A stretch of DNA of 64,000 nucleotides. It comes from a virus. The stretch lies in IMG/VR virus record IMGVR_UViG_3300023184_000036, one strand, 5' to 3'. This document shows positions 1 to 9,948 of the stretch, piece after piece. The notes beneath the pieces are model-generated. The model saw only the letters and a list, made by a program, of their open reading frames with translations, made no database searches and had not been told where the DNA came from. The position numbers and the translations under genes were made by a program. The stretch's first letter is position 1. Every line of letters begins with the position of its first letter.

Positions 1-56
1 GTAATAAGTTTAATAGTCATTACTTTACTGGGATCATTTGCTTTCTCTAATAACAC
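1..56 (-). CDS. 5' end of a small hypothetical protein running off the window (MLLEKANDPSKVMTIKLIT...)
   Basis: GTG at 56 with upstream AGGAAG; frame open to the window edge; alternative ATG at 20. Confidence 0.45.
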   Translation of the reverse strand, partial: MLLEKANDPSKVMTIKLI

Positions 57-294
57 GTTTTGCTTCCTGTAATTCGTTGTAAGATACTTTACTTAACCCT
101 GTATAACCACCCTCTACTAAAAGTTTACCATTGTAGTAAATCTGTGGCATTGTTTTGTGACCTTCACCAATAAGAAAATCACGAACACCTTCTTCCATAA
201 TATCTACTTCTGTAAAATCTTCGTTCCAACTTTTAAGTAGGGCTTTTGCACCATCGCAATATGGGCAATGATCTTTTGTATATAATGTAATCAT
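34..294 (-). CDS. nrdC: Glutaredoxin (RNR reductant)
   Basis: CPYC active site, TMPQIY and GGY motifs; downstream of nrdAB. Confidence 0.9.
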   Translation of the reverse strand: MITLYTKDHCPYCDGAKALLKSWNEDFTEVDIMEEGVRDFLIGEGHKTMPQIYYNGKLLVEGGYTGLSKVSYNELQEAKRVIRESK

Positions 295-308
295 ATATTT
301 TTTCCTTT

Positions 309-1157
309 TTAAAAATTACAAGATGATTTGCAAATAGGACGAGGGTTTGTTTGCAATTCTAAACTTATATCTAGTTTATCCGTATATTCAACTTCATACA
401 TAAAACAGCAAGTAGATATTTTACCAGAAGCAGAAACATATAAACTTGGATATTCCAAGTGCATACAAGATTTTTCACTTTCAAAATGTGATGTTATTTT
501 ATCATGAAAATGTTCTTTTTTAGACCATGAACTTAAGTTTAATAACTCACCTGTTTTATAATGTTTTGCATTTAAATTTACTCTAGGTCTTTTTTGTAAA
601 ATAAAGTGATGAAATTTTAATTTTTTACTTAGCGCAAATGCTTTTTTTATTTGATGTTCATTATGTGCAAATGGTATAAATTGCCATACAGCGTTACCAC
701 CACTAGAAATAAATGCATTTGCATTATCTATTATTTTTTTGAAATCTGTACCTTGGCGATAGATTTTATGTGTATCTTCTAAACCATCAATAGCAAAAAA
801 TATTAAGTGTTCTGTACTCTTTATTTTTTTACCTAAATTACTCCACCACTCAGTTGTTTTAAAACTTCCATTAGTATGAATACGTATGAATAACTTTTTT
901 TCTATCAAAAAATCTAATACTTCTGTAATATTTTTTGCAGCTAATGGATCACCAAAATTACCACATAACTGAATAGTTTCAAGATTTGGTAGAGTATATA
1001 TTATACTTGATAGTTTTTGTAAAGGCAAATCTTGTTCAATCAATCCATCAACTAATTTATATCCATCTATATTTCTTGGACATGATGGGCACCACGCATT
1101 GCATCTGCTTGACAATTCTACATGAAGCCATTTAACCGTATCTAAAAAATTATCCAT
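309..1157 (-). CDS. Radical SAM protein with C-terminal Cys-rich (Twitch/SPASM-like) tail
   Basis: CNAWCPSC (CxxxCxxC), GNFGDP, TNG, IDG motifs; C-terminal C...CC...CxxxC. Confidence 0.85.
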   Translation of the reverse strand: MDNFLDTVKWLHVELSSRCNAWCPSCPRNIDGYKLVDGLIEQDLPLQKLSSIIYTLPNLETIQLCGNFGDPLAAKNITEVLDFLIEKKLFIRIHTNGSFKTTEWWSNLGKKIKSTEHLIFFAIDGLEDTHKIYRQGTDFKKIIDNANAFISSGGNAVWQFIPFAHNEHQIKKAFALSKKLKFHHFILQKRPRVNLNAKHYKTGELLNLSSWSKKEHFHDKITSHFESEKSCMHLEYPSLYVSASGKISTCCFMYEVEYTDKLDISLELQTNPRPICKSSCNF

Positions 1158-1584
1158 TGGTATTTTTATCTATTACACGTTGTCTTAAATCACTCGTGCT
1201 AAAACGATGTTCACGACGATTAAAGTAAAGTTCTATGCCACGTTTTTTACAAATATCACGACCAGTAAAATCCTTGTCACGATATTCTTCACCAAGTATA
1301 CGCACATTAATTGGATACATTGCAAGAATATCTTCTAAATCTGCTTCTGTTACATATGGAATAACTTCATCTACATAACGAACTGCAGCAAGTTGTGCAT
1401 GACGTTCTACAACAGTTTGCACTGGTTTGTTTTTAGTAGGACGATCTAATGTTGGATCAACTTGCAAACCACAAATAAGATAATCACAATGGTCTTTTGC
1501 TTCACGCAACATTGCTACATGACCAGCATGCAACAAATCCCACGCCGAACAAGTAAAACCTATCTTTTTTATATTGTTAATCAT
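1150..1584 (-). CDS. Cytidylyltransferase, glycerol-3-phosphate cytidylyltransferase (TagD)-like
   Basis: DLLHAGH (HxGH) motif, YVDEV, RFSTSDLR C-terminal motif. Confidence 0.85.
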   Translation of the reverse strand: MINNIKKIGFTCSAWDLLHAGHVAMLREAKDHCDYLICGLQVDPTLDRPTKNKPVQTVVERHAQLAAVRYVDEVIPYVTEADLEDILAMYPINVRILGEEYRDKDFTGRDICKKRGIELYFNRREHRFSTSDLRQRVIDKNTNG

Positions 1585-1585
1585 T

Positions 1586-2695
1586 TTAAATTACTTCAAT
1601 TTTCCAATCTTTTGCTTTACCACGATTTGGTATTCTATTATGTAGATATGCGGCGTGAATGGTTGCAAAACTTAAATTTAATTTTTTACATAGTCCTTTT
1701 AGATTTCCAACCTGTTGATATACTTCACCCGTTGGGGATGTAAGTTTCCAATGGTTGCTAAAATAATGGTTTTCACCAGTCGGCATTATTCTATTTTCTT
1801 TAATTTTTTGTATTGTTTCTGGACTATGATGCTTGCCATACATTGGATTATTGCTGCCAGCAGTGAGTTCTCTAAACTTTGCACGAGTTTCTTCACTGTG
1901 TTTTTTAGGTCCATAACCGCCTCGTTCTTTTTGCAACTGTGATCTTTTTAATCGTTGCAATTCTGCACCTTCTTTGCCATATATTTCTTCGTAAGTTCTT
2001 CCCTTATGATTTGGTGGTCTTGCCTCTAAACATATATTTGTTAAAATACCATAAGGCTCATATCCCTTACGACCATATCGCAATATTAAATCTTCTTCCA
2101 TTTTATAAGCAAATTTTTCATCAATAATATCTTCTGCAAGATATTCTACTTGTGGTTCTAATCCTGCTTTTCTAATAGCATCAATTTTATTTTCTTTGTG
2201 AATATTATCACTTCTTGACATATCATAAAGATGTGTTTGTGCTCTTTTTCCAGTTCCCTTGCCAATATAGAAAGGCATATTGTTTCTTGGGTCTATGAGA
2301 GCATATATATAATACATAGTTTCAATCCCCTGATTATATTTATCAAGAGATAGAGAATATATATTATTTGTAATATATTTTTGTGTATTATTTTTTAATC
2401 TGGCAAATACATTTAATTTTCTTTTGTCGGCAAATGGGGTTATATCTATCAAGTTTCCATCATTATTCTGCCATATACTATGTAATATTGCTTGATACCC
2501 CCAAGCACTTTCCAAGAAATAATATCCAAGTATTCTTTCGCCCCCATGACTAAGAATATAATTTTTTACATTTGTGTGGCATATATTTTCTTCGCAACTT
2601 GCATCAGGATTGACTGGTATATTTCCAAGCCAATCACATCCAATATCACGAGCAAAATCAACAACTTCAGTTGTTGATGGTATAAACCAAATCAA
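1586..2695 (-). CDS. GIY-YIG homing endonuclease with NUMOD3 repeats, in-frame with an unknown ~126-aa N-terminal domain
   Basis: YIYALIDP..FYIGKG, LTN, HSEETRAK and NPMYGKHHSPET motifs; directly downstream of nrdB; internal ATG at 2317. Confidence 0.8.
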   Translation of the reverse strand: MIWFIPSTTEVVDFARDIGCDWLGNIPVNPDASCEENICHTNVKNYILSHGGERILGYYFLESAWGYQAILHSIWQNNDGNLIDITPFADKRKLNVFARLKNNTQKYITNNIYSLSLDKYNQGIETMYYIYALIDPRNNMPFYIGKGTGKRAQTHLYDMSRSDNIHKENKIDAIRKAGLEPQVEYLAEDIIDEKFAYKMEEDLILRYGRKGYEPYGILTNICLEARPPNHKGRTYEEIYGKEGAELQRLKRSQLQKERGGYGPKKHSEETRAKFRELTAGSNNPMYGKHHSPETIQKIKENRIMPTGENHYFSNHWKLTSPTGEVYQQVGNLKGLCKKLNLSFATIHAAYLHNRIPNRGKAKDWKIEVI

Positions 2696-3789
2696 AGACT
2701 AAATCCCTTGAATGTATCATTAGATACATCTTGTTTGGTTCCGCCTATGACGTAACTGCTTATCTGCGTTTGCTGCGGGGCGACCTGAACATCAGCACCA
2801 GCAATCCACTTTTGTGTCCAAGGCAGTGGATTATTCTTTGTAGCATAAAGCTGACCAAGACCAACTGCTTGCATACGCTTGTTTGCAATAAACTCAACAT
2901 ATTCAGCAAGCAACTGATAGTTAAGACCAATCATAGAACCGTCCTTGAACAAGTATTGTGCCCAAGCCTTTTCTTGTTGAACTGCATCATCAAACAACTT
3001 GATGGCTTGTTCACGACATTCTACTTCAATCTTTTCATAGTCTGGATCATCTTTTGGAAGAATCTTTAATAATGATTGTGTGCCAGCAAGATGTAGATTT
3101 TCATCACGTGCAATGAACTTGATAATCTTTGCGTTGCCTTCCATCTTTTTCAACTCCGCAAATGCCCAACTACAAGCAAATGACACATAGAAACGCACAC
3201 CTTCAAGAATATTCACGCTCATAAGTGCAAGCCAAAGTGCTTTCTTATGTTCATACGAATTTGTTTGATTTCCAAGAGCATGATTATTATTCAAATCAAT
3301 TAGTTTGTCATAAAGTTCTGTGATATCACCAGCACAATCAACAATCTCTTGAATGTCCATCATTTCATCAAATACTTTGGATGGATTAGCATAAACGTTA
3401 CGGATGATGTGTGTATATGAACGAGAGTGAATTGTTTCACTAAATGTCCAAGTTGTAATCCAAGTTTCTAATTCTGGAAGTGAACAGATAGGACCAAATG
3501 CTACTGCTGGTGCACGACCTTGAACGCTGTCAAGTAGAATCTGGCGTTTAAGATTACTTGTAAAAATATGTTGTTCACTTGCTGTCAATTCTTTGAAATC
3601 TTTAGCATCACGAAGTGTATCAACTTCTTCTGGACGCCAAAAGAAACCCAACTGTTTATCAGTAAGTTTATCAAACTGTTTATACTTTAGGGTATCATAT
3701 CGTTGGATACTAACACCACCGTGCGGATCAAGAAATGCCAGTGACTTTGTATGGTCACTCTTATCATTTGCGTCAAATACTGTACTCAT
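2692..3789 (-). CDS. nrdB: Ribonucleotide reductase class Ia beta subunit
   Basis: FFWRPEEV, LDSVQ, ETIHSRSY, LEGVRFYVSF, RDENLH di-iron/tyrosyl motifs. Confidence 0.97.
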   Translation of the reverse strand: MSTVFDANDKSDHTKSLAFLDPHGGVSIQRYDTLKYKQFDKLTDKQLGFFWRPEEVDTLRDAKDFKELTASEQHIFTSNLKRQILLDSVQGRAPAVAFGPICSLPELETWITTWTFSETIHSRSYTHIIRNVYANPSKVFDEMMDIQEIVDCAGDITELYDKLIDLNNNHALGNQTNSYEHKKALWLALMSVNILEGVRFYVSFACSWAFAELKKMEGNAKIIKFIARDENLHLAGTQSLLKILPKDDPDYEKIEVECREQAIKLFDDAVQQEKAWAQYLFKDGSMIGLNYQLLAEYVEFIANKRMQAVGLGQLYATKNNPLPWTQKWIAGADVQVAPQQTQISSYVIGGTKQDVSNDTFKGFSL

Positions 3790-3837
3790 AACAACCTCTT
3801 TAAAATAATTATAACAAAATTATGTCGGTTGCACAAA

Positions 3838-6150
3838 TTAAATCGTGCAACTTTCACAAGCGTCTTGATCTTCAAGAAGTTGTAAGTTTTTAACTTCAAA
3901 GTCTTGTTTTTGTTCAACAAACTTGCTGACATCAACTTCACCTTGACCATCATATGTATTGAAATAATAAAGAGTTTTAATACCATACTTGTAGCAAAGT
4001 AGTAGGTGACCAATCATAACACTCATTGGAATCTTTTCATCTTCATAGAATGTTGGATTATATGAAGTATTGGTAGAGATACTTTGGTCAATATACTTTT
4101 GCAGAATAGCAACAATTTTTAAGTAACCTTCTGGTGACTTTTGGTCCCATAGCAATTCATACTTGTTCTTAAGTTTGCGGAACTCTGGAACAACTTGCTT
4201 TAATACGCCATGTTTGCTCTGCTTTACACTAATAAGGCTACGTGGTGGTTCGATACCATTTGTAGCATTAGCAACCTGTGCACTTGTTTCTGCTGGCATG
4301 AGTGCCATGAGTGTGCTATTACGAATACCATGTTCTTTAAGACTTGCACGAAGACTGTCCCAATCCATGGTAAACACTGGTGCGACAAGTTCATCAACTT
4401 CACGCTTATATGTGTCAATAGGTAGAATACCATGACCATATTTTGTTTCATTGCTTTTTGGGCATGCACCTTTTTCAATAGCAAGTTGATTGCTTGCCTT
4501 AATAAGATAATAACTCCATGCTTCTGCATATTCATCAACAAGTGGTAGTGCCAATGGATCACTATATGATAGATCATTCTTTGCAAGGAAATAAGCAAAG
4601 TTGATGATACCAATACCCAATGGACGACGATTCATAGTTGAAAGTTGTGCCGCAACAACAGGATACTTTTGATAGTCAAGCAATTCATCAAGACCACGAA
4701 CAGCAAGGTCGCACATCTTTTCAAAGTCTTTAGGTTCCTTTACGTTGCCCCAGTTGATTGCTGACAGTGTGCAAAGACTAATTTCACCTTCTTCATCAAA
4801 GATATGCTTAAGTGGTTTTGTTGGAAGTGCAATTTCAGCACAAAGATTGCTTTGCTTAACTGGTGCAACACTTTCAATAAATGCACCATGTGTATTGGCA
4901 TGGTCAACATTCATAAGATAAATGCGACCTGTATTCTTGCGTTCTTCCATAAACATACTAAACAGATCAATAGCTTTATAAGTTTTTTTACGAATCTTGC
5001 TGTTTTTTTCAGCAGCCTCATAAAGTTGTTTAAACTTGTCTTGGTCTTGGAAGAAAGCATTGTATAAGCCTGGAACATCACTTGGACTAAAGCAGGTGAT
5101 GTCCCCACCTTGGAGAAGACGCTCATACATTAACTTGTTAAATTGTACACCATAATCCATATGGCGAACACGATTATCTTCTGTTCCCTTGTTATTTTTG
5201 AGAACCAATAAATCTTCTACTTCATAATGCCATAGTGGATAATATAGAGTTGCCGCACCGTTGCGAACACCACCTTGTGAACAACTGCGAACAGCAGTTT
5301 GGAAATGCTTATAGAATGGAATTAAACCTGTGTGGCTGGCGTCACCTTTACGAATTGGAGATCCAATGGCACGGATAGCCCCAGCACCAATCCCAATGCC
5401 TGCCTTTTGACTTACATATTTGACAATGGCACTACTTGTTGCATTGATACTGTCTAGACTATCGTCAGTTTCAATTAATACACAGCTACTAAACTGACGT
5501 TGTGGTGTGCGGACGCCAGCCATCACAGGAGTAGGAAGACTAATATCGTGCTTACTGATAGCATCATAATAGTCCCTAACATAACGTAAACGAGTTTCTT
5601 TTGGGTATCTTGAAAATAGTGTTGCGGCAATAAGAACATAAGCAACTTGTGGAGTTTCCATGATTTGACCAGTAACACGGTTCTGCACTAGATACTTGCC
5701 ACGTAGTTGCTCCATTGCAACATAAGCAAGACTACAATCACGTTCATGGTCAACGAACTTGTTAATAGTTGCCCATTCTTCTTCGGTATAATCTGTTAAG
5801 AGCGCAGGATCATAAAATCCACTTGCAACATTCTTTTTAATAATATCAATCAATGCCCACGGATGATAGTCACCATATACTTCTTTGCGTAGGTGATAGT
5901 TTACGAGACGACCTGCGACATATTGGTAATTAGGCGCATCTTCACTAATAAGATCAGCAGCAGCCTTAATCATAGTTTCTTGGATTTCACTGGTTTTAAT
6001 GTTATTATAAAATTGAATTTGACTTCGTAGTTCTAGTTCACTTGCACTTACATTGTTGATATTTTCTGTTGCCCAGAATACTACTTTGTGAAGTTTATCA
6101 ATATTCAATGGTTCTTTACGACCATCACGTTTAGTAACATTAATCGCCAT
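3838..6150 (-). CDS. nrdA: Ribonucleotide reductase class Ia alpha subunit with ATP cone
   Basis: VTKRDG ATP cone, SSCVL, SNLCAEI, MPAETS, TLYY, C-terminal CESC. Confidence 0.97.
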   Translation of the reverse strand: MAINVTKRDGRKEPLNIDKLHKVVFWATENINNVSASELELRSQIQFYNNIKTSEIQETMIKAAADLISEDAPNYQYVAGRLVNYHLRKEVYGDYHPWALIDIIKKNVASGFYDPALLTDYTEEEWATINKFVDHERDCSLAYVAMEQLRGKYLVQNRVTGQIMETPQVAYVLIAATLFSRYPKETRLRYVRDYYDAISKHDISLPTPVMAGVRTPQRQFSSCVLIETDDSLDSINATSSAIVKYVSQKAGIGIGAGAIRAIGSPIRKGDASHTGLIPFYKHFQTAVRSCSQGGVRNGAATLYYPLWHYEVEDLLVLKNNKGTEDNRVRHMDYGVQFNKLMYERLLQGGDITCFSPSDVPGLYNAFFQDQDKFKQLYEAAEKNSKIRKKTYKAIDLFSMFMEERKNTGRIYLMNVDHANTHGAFIESVAPVKQSNLCAEIALPTKPLKHIFDEEGEISLCTLSAINWGNVKEPKDFEKMCDLAVRGLDELLDYQKYPVVAAQLSTMNRRPLGIGIINFAYFLAKNDLSYSDPLALPLVDEYAEAWSYYLIKASNQLAIEKGACPKSNETKYGHGILPIDTYKREVDELVAPVFTMDWDSLRASLKEHGIRNSTLMALMPAETSAQVANATNGIEPPRSLISVKQSKHGVLKQVVPEFRKLKNKYELLWDQKSPEGYLKIVAILQKYIDQSISTNTSYNPTFYEDEKIPMSVMIGHLLLCYKYGIKTLYYFNTYDGQGEVDVSKFVEQKQDFEVKNLQLLEDQDACESCTI

Positions 6151-6159
6151 TTGATCTTC

Positions 6160-6618
6160 CTATATTTTTAATTGTTTTGCGTTTACAGTATTAATCAGTT
6201 CTGCGGTTGGACTGATTGATAGGTTATTTACAACCACTCCATCCTGGTAATTCAACGTATATAATCCACCCTCACACCTGACTAAATTAAGGTATTCATG
6301 TTTTTTGCGGTCACGATAAACCTCTATTACCATACTATCCTTTTCTGAATAAGAAGTAAAGTATAAAGTGTAAAAAATACCTAATGCACGTGCAGTATCA
6401 TCATACAAACCACTGCTTATAAGCGTCCATGGATCAGGCCAGTGACGACAATCATCAAATTCAAGATATGGGTCTGTTAATTTGCAATTCTGCCATGCTT
6501 TAGCAACAAGATCCAAGTGATCTTTGTCTATACTACGACGAAAATCACGCCATTGTAGAATGTTGTCATGGGTTCTTGATGTAATCCACTTAGAACATAT
6601 CGAAGTATCTAATAGCAT
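6160..6618 (-). CDS. Hypothetical protein
   Basis: 152-aa ORF filling the gap between tail fibre and nrdA; WPDPWTLI motif; start uncertain. Confidence 0.7.
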   Translation of the reverse strand: MLLDTSICSKWITSRTHDNILQWRDFRRSIDKDHLDLVAKAWQNCKLTDPYLEFDDCRHWPDPWTLISSGLYDDTARALGIFYTLYFTSYSEKDSMVIEVYRDRKKHEYLNLVRCEGGLYTLNYQDGVVVNNLSISPTAELINTVNAKQLKI

Positions 6619-9600
6619 AATTGATAAGACCTGTACCTGTTGAATCGGTAGTGTATGTTACATCGCTGCCATTATAACCAAATGTAACACCAACATCACT
6701 ACTAAATGTCCTATCATCTTCTATACTATATAAACCACCAGAAGTCAATGTAAATTTAGCAAGTCCAGTGGCAACATTACTGCCTCTTGTAATAGTATAT
6801 TGGAACTCAAATCCAAAATTTTCACCAAATTCATTTAATCCAGTTACGAGAGCCGCAGTAGTATTATTTGCTAATGCCAATGTTCTACCACGTTGGTAAT
6901 TGATTGTTCCCATACGCAAGCCGTAAGAATATACCCATTCAACAGCTTGTTCAACTTCACTTACATATGGTATACCAGTGCTTGTGCTTGCCTGTGCTGC
7001 TGTTCTATCAAAACTATCACCGATACTTGCACAACCACTTATTGTAGTATCAAAATATATGATTCTATAAAATGGATTTGCAACACCAGTGCTTTTGTTA
7101 CCTACATCACGGTAATAATTACTTAAACTTAAGAAATTAGTGCTGTTTGTCATATAACAACCACTATTGTAAATTAAGTCCATTGTGCTGTTACTGATAG
7201 TAAAACCAATAGCACTTGTTCCAACAAAATACAAACCATGATAAAGGTTGCTAAATGTGCAACTATCTATAAGTCCATTGCTTGTATACTGACTACTCGG
7301 TAGATAAATTCCAACATGAAATCCATTAATTAAACAATCAGTAATATTAACATCACTTGCATATGCAAGGGCACGACCAAGTAGCTTAACACCAGCAGTA
7401 GTGCTGCCATTAATTGGATCTGTTAAAACAGTGACAGTGCTTGTGTTTGGACCTTGGAAACGAATATTGTTTAATGTAACACGTGTTGCGCTGTCAACTA
7501 CAATACCATCATTAAGACTTTGTAATGTCATATCACTTATTGTAATATCAGTTGGTAGACTTGCACCATTTAATCCAATAAGATTTTGAATTTGTTGTAG
7601 GTCATCTGCTGTATACATAACCCATGTTGTATATGGATAGATGTATGGATTTGCTGTTTGTGTGATTTGTGTATTATAAGTTCCTTCACCACGCAATCTT
7701 GCATAACTTGGAACATTTATACTACCACTAACAATATATTCACCTGCTGGAAAGTATAAAACTTTACGTGCTGCAAGACTTGTTGTTCTGCAATATAATT
7801 CATACATTGCACGATTAATGGCTTCTGTGTCATCTGTAACACCATCACCTCTGGCACCAAAATCTTTTACACTAACAAAGTCATCAAGTTTTTTCTGTAA
7901 AGAACGTTGTGTAATTGTTCCACCATAACTTAAACTTTGTGTTGTCCAAGTTTGTGCATCTAAACTTGTGCTTATATGACCATTATCACCAATAGCATAA
8001 TAAGTGCTACCAATATAACCCATACCACGATTGCTATATGTTACTGATTGTGTTTCTTTTCTAAAATAATTGTATTGACTTGTGCTATAATAAAAGAAAC
8101 CATATTGACCACCAATAACATTAGTTGTGTTATTGTCTGCAATATCATATAGATCTGGTGCAAGTGCGCTGGTTCCAAAATAGATACTTGTATAAGTCCA
8201 AGTTACTGCATCTTGTGATTTAAGATAAGTTAGACTTGTATCACCACTTACATAAAAATATGTGCCGATATAAGTAGAACCAGTTAAGTTAGCATAAGTT
8301 GTTGTTGTTTTTGTAAACCAACTAGTGCCATTTGTGCTAGTAGCAATAACACCATGATCACCTGTAACAATCCAATAATTTGTGGACGCACCGCCTGGTG
8401 GTGTAAATGTATAATATTGTACACTGTTTAAATCACTTAGTGTGACAGTTGCACCGCTTGGATCAGTTGCACTATTTGCAATAGCACTGCTCCATGTTGT
8501 GCCATCTGCACTGCTAACACCAATACCACCAGTTCCAACTGCAATTGCTTTATATGTTCCACCACCCAAATTAGCAACTGCAACGCTGCGAAGTTCTGCG
8601 CTTGTGCCGCTGCTACGAGAAGTCCAAGTTGTAGCATTTGGACTGGTTAGTATAGTTCCATTAGCACCTACTGCAATCCAAGTAGTTGTGCTTAATTTTG
8701 TTATACCAATTAAGTTTTGTGAAGTTCCACTTGTACGTGCAGTAAAAGTAGTGCCAGTTGTAGATGTTAAAATAACACCACTATCACCAACAACTACCCA
8801 AGTAGTACCATCAAAATAAACACTGTTTAAACTCGTAGATACACCACTGGTTCTTGCTGTCCACGTAGAACCTGTTCCACTAGTATAGATTCCACCACTG
8901 CCAGTTAGCACTGTAAATAAACCAGCACCATTATGGTAAATGTACTTAAAATTTTCAATAGCACTTGCTACTGTCGTGATCTTGCTTAATGTAGTGCCAC
9001 TAGCATTTTTATATACATCACCCCAACTTGTAAGAGACCATGCATTTGTGCCATCATTAGTAACACTTACCAAACCATCAACAAGGCTTCGAGTCCATGT
9101 ACTACCATCAGTGCTTACATAAACTTTATTACTTTCGCATGCTGCAACAAATGAGTTACCACTACCATTAGTAATATAACGTAAACCCAAAACATCATAG
9201 AAACCAACACTTGTTACAGTCCAAGTTATAGCATCTGGACTTGTTATAATTCTGCCATTTGTTCCACCAGCAACAAATTTACTATTACCATATGCAATAC
9301 TATAAAGAGCATCAGTTGTTCCACTGGTTTGACTACTCCAAGTTACGCCATTATTACTTGTAAAAACTTCACCAAGTTCAGTTACAAGAACAAACTTACT
9401 ACTTGCATAAACAATTGCATTGATGTTAGTGTATGAAACTGCACCACTTGGTTGCCATACTGTTCCATTTGAACTATACAACACTGTACCATTAGTTCCA
9501 ACTGCTACAAAATATCCACCACCATAAGCGATATCAAGTAAATTTTGTGTAGTTCCACTTATAGTGCTGCTCCAAGTAGAACCATCACTACTTGTAAGAA

Positions 9601-9922
9601 TATTACCATTACTACCAACTATTACATATATTGAACCATTACTTGCAATTGCATTATATACAGCACGTGCATTACCAGTTTGTGGATTATAACCAGCATC
9701 ACTGTTTTTAAAATCATATAAATTTGCTAAATTAAGAATATCACTGTATTCAGTGAGAATTTCTGTATTACCAGTTTGTGGCGCACCATCACTTACAAGA
9801 CCGTTACCAATAAAAAGACGGCGTTCATCGACAGCATAACCTATTTCTGCCTTTGCAAGTTGTGGTAGATTTTCAAAAATTCCGCTACGATGTTGTATTC
9901 TTGAGATTTGGACAATGCTCAT
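6590..9922 (-). CDS. Tail fibre/spike-like virion protein: N-terminal attachment segment, Asp-box beta-propeller repeats, pectate-lyase-3-like beta-helix
   Basis: LPQLAKAEIGYAVDERRLFIGNG N-terminus; more than 10 SxDGxTW-type repeats; VSVKDFGARGDGVTDDTEAINRA and YFPAGEY; TAAATA upstream. Confidence 0.75.
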   Translation of the reverse strand: MSIVQISRIQHRSGIFENLPQLAKAEIGYAVDERRLFIGNGLVSDGAPQTGNTEILTEYSDILNLANLYDFKNSDAGYNPQTGNARAVYNAIASNGSIYVIVGSNGNILTSSDGSTWSSTISGTTQNLLDIAYGGGYFVAVGTNGTVLYSSNGTVWQPSGAVSYTNINAIVYASSKFVLVTELGEVFTSNNGVTWSSQTSGTTDALYSIAYGNSKFVAGGTNGRIITSPDAITWTVTSVGFYDVLGLRYITNGSGNSFVAACESNKVYVSTDGSTWTRSLVDGLVSVTNDGTNAWSLTSWGDVYKNASGTTLSKITTVASAIENFKYIYHNGAGLFTVLTGSGGIYTSGTGSTWTARTSGVSTSLNSVYFDGTTWVVVGDSGVILTSTTGTTFTARTSGTSQNLIGITKLSTTTWIAVGANGTILTSPNATTWTSRSSGTSAELRSVAVANLGGGTYKAIAVGTGGIGVSSADGTTWSSAIANSATDPSGATVTLSDLNSVQYYTFTPPGGASTNYWIVTGDHGVIATSTNGTSWFTKTTTTYANLTGSTYIGTYFYVSGDTSLTYLKSQDAVTWTYTSIYFGTSALAPDLYDIADNNTTNVIGGQYGFFYYSTSQYNYFRKETQSVTYSNRGMGYIGSTYYAIGDNGHISTSLDAQTWTTQSLSYGGTITQRSLQKKLDDFVSVKDFGARGDGVTDDTEAINRAMYELYCRTTSLAARKVLYFPAGEYIVSGSINVPSYARLRGEGTYNTQITQTANPYIYPYTTWVMYTADDLQQIQNLIGLNGASLPTDITISDMTLQSLNDGIVVDSATRVTLNNIRFQGPNTSTVTVLTDPINGSTTAGVKLLGRALAYASDVNITDCLINGFHVGIYLPSSQYTSNGLIDSCTFSNLYHGLYFVGTSAIGFTISNSTMDLIYNSGCYMTNSTNFLSLSNYYRDVGNKSTGVANPFYRIIYFDTTISGCASIGDSFDRTAAQASTSTGIPYVSEVEQAVEWVYSYGLRMGTINYQRGRTLALANNTTAALVTGLNEFGENFGFEFQYTITRGSNVATGLAKFTLTSGGLYSIEDDRTFSSDVGVTFGYNGSDVTYTTDSTGTGLINYAIRYFDMF

Positions 9923-9948
9923 TAGTATCTCTCATTTTATAGAGATAT

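Noticed and set aside
2692-6150. Introns or inteins in nrdA/nrdB (also helicase, uvsX, terminase)
   Set aside because: All are contiguous, of normal length, with no intein motifs; the GIY-YIG gene lies after the nrdB stop
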